Below, piece by piece: positions 59,045 through 64,000 of a stretch of DNA of 64,000 bases; the first letter of the stretch is position 1, and each line of letters opens with the position of its first letter. This DNA comes from a candidate division FCPU426 bacterium. Lineage in GTDB: Bacteria; Oederibacteriota; JAAXVQ01; JAUVAV01. The stretch lies in the NCBI GenBank assembly GCA_040756875.1, contig JBFLYH010000002.1, forward strand, positions 959,078 to 1,023,077, read 5' to 3'. A program made the position numbers and the translations under genes. The notes beneath the pieces are model-generated. The model did not search any database and was not told the origin of the DNA. It saw only the letters and a program-made list of their open reading frames with translations.

Positions 59045-60091
59045 ATGGCAACAGCAAGCGACAAACGGAAGCCGAAAAAGACAGCGGCCCAGGGAAGCAA
59101 AGCGGCCACCCGGGCCAGACAGGCCAAAAGCCAGGCGGCGATTCCCGCCCCGGTTGCGGCCTCCGCGCCCGCGGCGCCGCCCCGGGCTGCCAAACCGGGC
59201 TTGCCGCACGGAATCATTCTGGGCGTTTTGCTGGCCCTGGTGGTTTTGGTCAGCGTGGAGGTCGTGATCCTCATGAAGGACAAGGCGGACCGGAAGCGCA
59301 TTCTGCGCGTGGTGGAAGTGGTGCCGGAACGCGGCGGGCCGCCGGACATGCCGGGCAAGTTCTGGGGGCCGTACCAGGTCAAGGTCAACGAACAGGCGGG
59401 CCGCTTGGCCCTGGTCGACCACGCGTTCAACAAGGTCGTGCTGTGGGACCTGGCCACCAAGAAGCACGTGGTCGACGTCAACGCCGCCTTGCTGGGACGG
59501 GAGCAGTTCGTTCCAAAGGACGTCGATGTGGCCGATGACGGCGACTATTACATCCTCGACCACTCTGACATGACGGTCAAACGGTTCTCGGCCCAGAACC
59601 AGCTGGTCCAGCAGTGGAAGATTCCGGAGAGCGTCAGCCTGACGGCCGGCAAGGACCGCGATGTGTACGTGCTGGACGGCAGGGCCCAGGAGATCGTCCA
59701 TTATCAAAACGACGGCACCGAACTCGGGCGTTTCGGCAAGGGTAAGTTGAAAAACGGCCTGTTGATGGACACGGATGAGGCCGGCAACATCTACGTGGTG
59801 GATTCCGGCTACAACGGCATGGTGGTTTTCTCGAAGGCGGGCAAGCACCTGTATTCCTGGCCGATCAAGGAAGTGAAGCCCTTGCAGATGTCGCGCATGG
59901 CGGCGGTCAACAACCAAGTGTATTTCTACGACCTGGTCAACAACAACGGGATCATCAGAGTGTACACCCCCAAAGGCCGCCTGGCGTGGGATATCGGCCC
60001 GCAGCGCACAGAATCATTTGACGTCGGCCGCTCGGGGACGGTGTACATGTCCGGCAACGACGGCATCGTCATTCAGCAAATCGAGAAGTGA
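59045..60091 (+). CDS. Membrane-anchored divergent NHL/beta-propeller protein
   Basis: Basic tail, TM, degenerate repeats (GNIYVVDSG.N). Confidence 0.78.
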   Translation: MATASDKRKPKKTAAQGSKAATRARQAKSQAAIPAPVAASAPAAPPRAAKPGLPHGIILGVLLALVVLVSVEVVILMKDKADRKRILRVVEVVPERGGPPDMPGKFWGPYQVKVNEQAGRLALVDHAFNKVVLWDLATKKHVVDVNAALLGREQFVPKDVDVADDGDYYILDHSDMTVKRFSAQNQLVQQWKIPESVSLTAGKDRDVYVLDGRAQEIVHYQNDGTELGRFGKGKLKNGLLMDTDEAGNIYVVDSGYNGMVVFSKAGKHLYSWPIKEVKPLQMSRMAAVNNQVYFYDLVNNNGIIRVYTPKGRLAWDIGPQRTESFDVGRSGTVYMSGNDGIVIQQIEK

Positions 60092-60105
60092 GGCCCAGGT
60101 AGCCA

Positions 60106-63100
60106 GTGGCGGATAAAATCAAAGCGGCCTTCGAGGCCTTGAAAAAAAGCGGAATCAATGTTTCTTTGCGGTTCGTGTGGCTGGCGCTGGCCGTCGGGCT
60201 GATTGGCCTGGGCCAGGTCAATTTCTTCTCGCGCAATCTGGCCGCGGGCATGGGTCTGACCCTGCTGGGCGCCGTCGTGCTCCTGCTGGCGGCGGGCGAG
60301 AGCGGCAAACAGGCCGCCCTCCTGCAGCGGGCGGGGAAGTGGTTTGGCCGGGCGGCTGAGCGCTTTTCCGCGTTCGCCCGCGCGCGCCAAAAGGCCGAGG
60401 ATCTCGCCACCGGAACCGCCGGCCAGCCGGCCGCCAAGACGAATTGGAAACCGCTGAAAACCCAGTTCGAGGAAACCCGGCGCTCCTGGCTGGCCTTTGC
60501 CGAGGAAACCACGTTCACGGCGCCGAAGAACCTGGTCATGATCCTCGGCATTCTCTTGATTCTGGCCGGCCAGCCCTTCCTCGTCGCCGAGAAGTTCGTC
60601 CTGGCCCTGATCCTCATCATTCCCGGCTTGTACCTGCTGGTCAACGTCATTTTCGCCCCCCAGGAACGGTACGTCATCGGCCGGCTCGACCACATCATCC
60701 GGACCGTTTTATTCCTGATTCCGGGCGTGGGCTTGATCATCCTGGGATGCATGATTCATTTCCAGGCGGTCAGCCTGAGCCTCCCCCGCGAAGCCCTGGG
60801 CTTGGGGCTGAACGCGCTCGGCATTTTCATCATCTTCTCCCTGTTTCCGAGGATCATCCCCGATTCGTTCCCTGAGTCAGGCGATCCGGTGGATCAGGTG
60901 ACCGGCCGGGCCGCGAACCGGACGCAGGTATTCATGAAAATCGGACTGGTGGCCCTGGCCCTGGTGTTTTTCCTGGCTTCCAAGCATTATGCCAACCCGG
61001 CTACCCTGAACCTTTCCGCGCTGATGGCCCTTCTGTTTCTCACGGCGATGAGCCTGTCTTTTCCCTGGAGCGCCGAACCTCGCGACCAAACCAGCGGCGA
61101 AAACATCGTCCTGAAATGGCTGGTGAAATACCTGCGCCTGGCGGCTTTCGGCCTGGGCCTGTATTGGGCCTACCGCGGGCAGGTGCTGATCTCGCACGAA
61201 CAGCTTTATCCGGGGCTGTACCGGTTCCTGGCCGCGGCCATCGCCATGTGGATCGCCCTGCGCGAACCGGACCCCAAGTACGTGGATGAATTGAAGGAAA
61301 AGCCCCTGGCCTGGTACTGGGAGGCGCTGGCCCTGGTGGCCATCCTGTCGGCCGCCACCTGGGTCCGTGTCCATCTCCTGAAGGACATACCTTACGGGAT
61401 CGAGTGCGACGAGGCGGGCGCCGGCGCGCACGCCGTCGATGTTTTGCAGAACCACTTCAGTTCGCTGACGATCCATCCCAGCGGACGCCCGCTGTTCATG
61501 CTGCTGGACAAAGTGGTCACCATCCGCTTCTTCGGCATCGACAACATCGGGATGAAGCTGGGCGCAGCCATCTGGGGGACCGCGGGCGTTTTCTGCGTTT
61601 ATCTCATGACCCGGTTTTTGTTCGGCACGCGCGCGGCCCTGGCCACGGCAGCCCTGATGGCCTGCTCGCGCTGGCACATCCATTTTTCGCGCTACGGCTG
61701 GGCGAACACCCTGATGCTGGTGCTCCAGATCACGGGATTCTATTTCATCGCCAAGGGCATCCAGACGCGGAACAAATGGTTCTTTTTTCTCGCGGGCGTG
61801 GGCCTGACCCTGTCCATCCACACCGAGACCGCGGCGCGCATGGTGCCCTTCATGTGCCTGGGCCTGCTGGTGTACTTCGTCCTGTTTTACAAGCGGTTTT
61901 TCCGGCGCAATTGGCAGACCCTGCTGGTGTTCCTGCTCGGGGTGTGGCTGGCCGGCGCCAGCCTGTTCCTGTTTTGGGTGAAGCAGCCGCGCTACCTGTT
62001 CAACCGCGTGTACGAAGTGTCGGTGTTTTCCGGCGACGCCAACGCGCCTCGGAACCTGGTCAAGGGGCTGGTCGAAAGCACCAAGCTCAGCCTCACGCAG
62101 ATGAACTGGCACGGGGACACCCGGACCCGCCACAACGGCGGCCTTTCGGGCGAGCCGGTGCTCGATTTCTGGTCGGCCATCCTCTTCGCCCTGGGGTTCG
62201 GCTTTTCGCTGTATTACTGGAGGCGGTTCCGATACACCATACTGCTAATGTGGTTTTTCGGGTCCATGGCCGCCTCGATCTTCGCCCTGGAGGCGCCGCA
62301 ATCCCACCGGGCCTTTGGCGCGCTTCCGCCGATTTTCATGCTGATGGGCGCGTTCATCGACCGCTCCCGCAGGCTGCTGCGGGAGACGCTGGGCAAGCCC
62401 GGCACCCTGGCCGGCGGCCTGGTGCTCCTGCTGCTCCTGGTTCCCATCGCCAAGATCAATTACAAAAAATACTTCGACGCGTATCCGGGGTTCGACACGG
62501 CCTGCACGGCCGCGGCCAAGTACATGGGGCGCGTCTGGCCGAAGGCGGAGCAGGTCATCATGTCCGCTTATTTGTGGATCGGCCATCCGCCCTTCGAGCT
62601 GTACGCCCGCGGGATATCCGGCCACTTTTACTTTGCGGCCTCCGAAGCGGTTCCGTTCCGCCAGCAGACCGACCGGGATGTGAATTACACCCTGATCCTG
62701 GAATATCCGGAGATCATGCCGACCATCCAATGGTACTATCCGGAAGGCGAATATTCCGAGGAGACGCACGTCCGCTACGGGCTGCAGTACCGCGGCTGGG
62801 GCGTGAAACACGAGATCATCCAAAAATACCGCGGCCTGAACGCTTCGTACTGGTCGAATCCCTATTGGGCCGGGGAGCCGAAACTGCGGCGCAAGGACGC
62901 GGATTTGAACCTGACCTTCGACCAGACCACCTGGCCCTGGAACGGCCCGGGGTCGGTGAAATGGGAAGGGACCGTGTTCATCCCCCGCGAAGGGAAGTAC
63001 GTTTTCTACCTGTACGGCACCAATGAGGTCGAAGTCAAGGTCGGCTCCCAGGTGCACCTCCGCGCCGGCAACAAGCAGGAACAAACCTACGAAACGTATA

Positions 63101-63705
63101 TGGCCGGCGGCTTGCACCGGCTGGACGCCCGGGCGGTTCACAGCGCCCCGGGCGAAAGGATCCTGTTCGCCTGGAGCTGCAGCCAGGATGTGCCGTACTA
63201 CCTCTATGACGAAGCGCACCAGAACCGGTTTGCCAAGGAGCCTGTCCCGAACACGCACCTGTTCACCTACCCCGAACCCAAAGGGCTCCTGGCCACTTTT
63301 TATTACAAACCGGACTGGACCGGCGGGATCGCCCGGCAAGTGGTGGAACCCGCCCTGTTCTACTTGTGGATGGGGCCGCCGTACGGCCTTAACATGCCCT
63401 TCTCAGCGGATTGGAAAGGCTGGATCGACATCGAAAAACCCGGCACGTACCAGTTCGGCGTGGACTGCAGCGGGTACTCGGATGTCACGATCGACGGCAT
63501 CCCGGTCGTCGTCCAGGGCGAGCCGCCTTTTTCCGGCGTTCCCCGCCTGCAGGGCCGCAATTCAGTCCAGCTGGCGGCCGGGCGCCATCCGGTGACTGTC
63601 CGCTGGTCGCAGCAGTACGGGCTGTTGTTCAGGTTCTGGTGGGTTCCGCCCGGCCAAAAGAAGGAAATCGTTCCCGTTTGGGTTCTGACGCCTCAGGACA
63701 AGTAA
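60106..63705 (+). CDS. GT39/ArnT-like GT-C glycosyltransferase with C-terminal PA14-like domains
   Basis: DEA in the first external loop, WHIHFSRYG, many TMs; C-terminal GL...Y, W.G.I.I...G.Y.F and L.AGRH PA14-like motifs. Confidence 0.8.
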   Translation: MADKIKAAFEALKKSGINVSLRFVWLALAVGLIGLGQVNFFSRNLAAGMGLTLLGAVVLLLAAGESGKQAALLQRAGKWFGRAAERFSAFARARQKAEDLATGTAGQPAAKTNWKPLKTQFEETRRSWLAFAEETTFTAPKNLVMILGILLILAGQPFLVAEKFVLALILIIPGLYLLVNVIFAPQERYVIGRLDHIIRTVLFLIPGVGLIILGCMIHFQAVSLSLPREALGLGLNALGIFIIFSLFPRIIPDSFPESGDPVDQVTGRAANRTQVFMKIGLVALALVFFLASKHYANPATLNLSALMALLFLTAMSLSFPWSAEPRDQTSGENIVLKWLVKYLRLAAFGLGLYWAYRGQVLISHEQLYPGLYRFLAAAIAMWIALREPDPKYVDELKEKPLAWYWEALALVAILSAATWVRVHLLKDIPYGIECDEAGAGAHAVDVLQNHFSSLTIHPSGRPLFMLLDKVVTIRFFGIDNIGMKLGAAIWGTAGVFCVYLMTRFLFGTRAALATAALMACSRWHIHFSRYGWANTLMLVLQITGFYFIAKGIQTRNKWFFFLAGVGLTLSIHTETAARMVPFMCLGLLVYFVLFYKRFFRRNWQTLLVFLLGVWLAGASLFLFWVKQPRYLFNRVYEVSVFSGDANAPRNLVKGLVESTKLSLTQMNWHGDTRTRHNGGLSGEPVLDFWSAILFALGFGFSLYYWRRFRYTILLMWFFGSMAASIFALEAPQSHRAFGALPPIFMLMGAFIDRSRRLLRETLGKPGTLAGGLVLLLLLVPIAKINYKKYFDAYPGFDTACTAAAKYMGRVWPKAEQVIMSAYLWIGHPPFELYARGISGHFYFAASEAVPFRQQTDRDVNYTLILEYPEIMPTIQWYYPEGEYSEETHVRYGLQYRGWGVKHEIIQKYRGLNASYWSNPYWAGEPKLRRKDADLNLTFDQTTWPWNGPGSVKWEGTVFIPREGKYVFYLYGTNEVEVKVGSQVHLRAGNKQEQTYETYMAGGLHRLDARAVHSAPGERILFAWSCSQDVPYYLYDEAHQNRFAKEPVPNTHLFTYPEPKGLLATFYYKPDWTGGIARQVVEPALFYLWMGPPYGLNMPFSADWKGWIDIEKPGTYQFGVDCSGYSDVTIDGIPVVVQGEPPFSGVPRLQGRNSVQLAAGRHPVTVRWSQQYGLLFRFWWVPPGQKKEIVPVWVLTPQDK

Positions 63706-63707
63706 GC

Positions 63708-64000
63708 ATGGCCGCGGAACGGAAGGAAGGCTTGGTCGGCGTCTCCCTGCTGCTGTTCCTGCTGACCATGGGGAACAGCGTCTGCGGCTTTGCGCTCCAC
63801 GCCGTGGCCAGCCGCGTGCTGGGCCCGGAGGACTATGGCGCCTTCGTAAGCCTGCTGGCCCTGCTGATGATCCTGGCCGTGCCCAGCCAGGCGGTGCAAA
63901 TGATCGTCGCCAAACAGATCACGCTCGAGTTGATCCAGAACCAGCTGCGCCGCGCCGTCGTCCTGACCTGGCAGGCGGTGCGCTGGTCGGCGGCCGCCGG
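63708..64000 (+). CDS. Oligosaccharide flippase (Wzx/MOP family), 3'-truncated by window edge
   Basis: MAAERKEGLVGVSLLLF...ASRVLGPEDYGAF; RxLGPxxYG motif. Confidence 0.75.
   Translation, partial: MAAERKEGLVGVSLLLFLLTMGNSVCGFALHAVASRVLGPEDYGAFVSLLALLMILAVPSQAVQMIVAKQITLELIQNQLRRAVVLTWQAVRWSAAA

Overview
High-GC bacterial chromosomal window, almost entirely + strand. I found no rRNA, tRNA, cas genes, transposases or phage genes. Blocks in order: (1) flagellar cluster fliK-flgD-flgE-flbD-motAB // fliL-M-N-O-P-Q-R-flhB-flhA, then a sigma54 activator, fliA, and PilZ, HDOD and histidine-kinase genes; (2) an NlpC/P60 lipoprotein and a moxR-DUF58-bat operon; (3) a TCA cluster led by a Re-citrate-synthase-like gene; (4) a PyrR-attenuated pyr operon with two inserted envelope genes; (5) a GT-C-rich surface-glycosylation locus (DUF2723, DUF2298/YYY, TIGR03663/Agl23-like, three NHL propellers, GT39-PA14, flippase). 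The strongest unexplained signal is between motB and fliL: a sigma28-type promoter, 3.2 x 102-bp structured repeats and an intrinsic terminator, i.e. a candidate FliA-dependent repeat RNA. Other unexplained signals are two ~118-bp three-way-junction elements with a conserved core and unrelated outer stems, a stand-alone 16-aa Lys-rich micro-ORF, two long rod-shaped RNA candidates, and non-canonical residues in FlhA, FliM and MotB. All family calls come from motif recognition by eye, not database searches.
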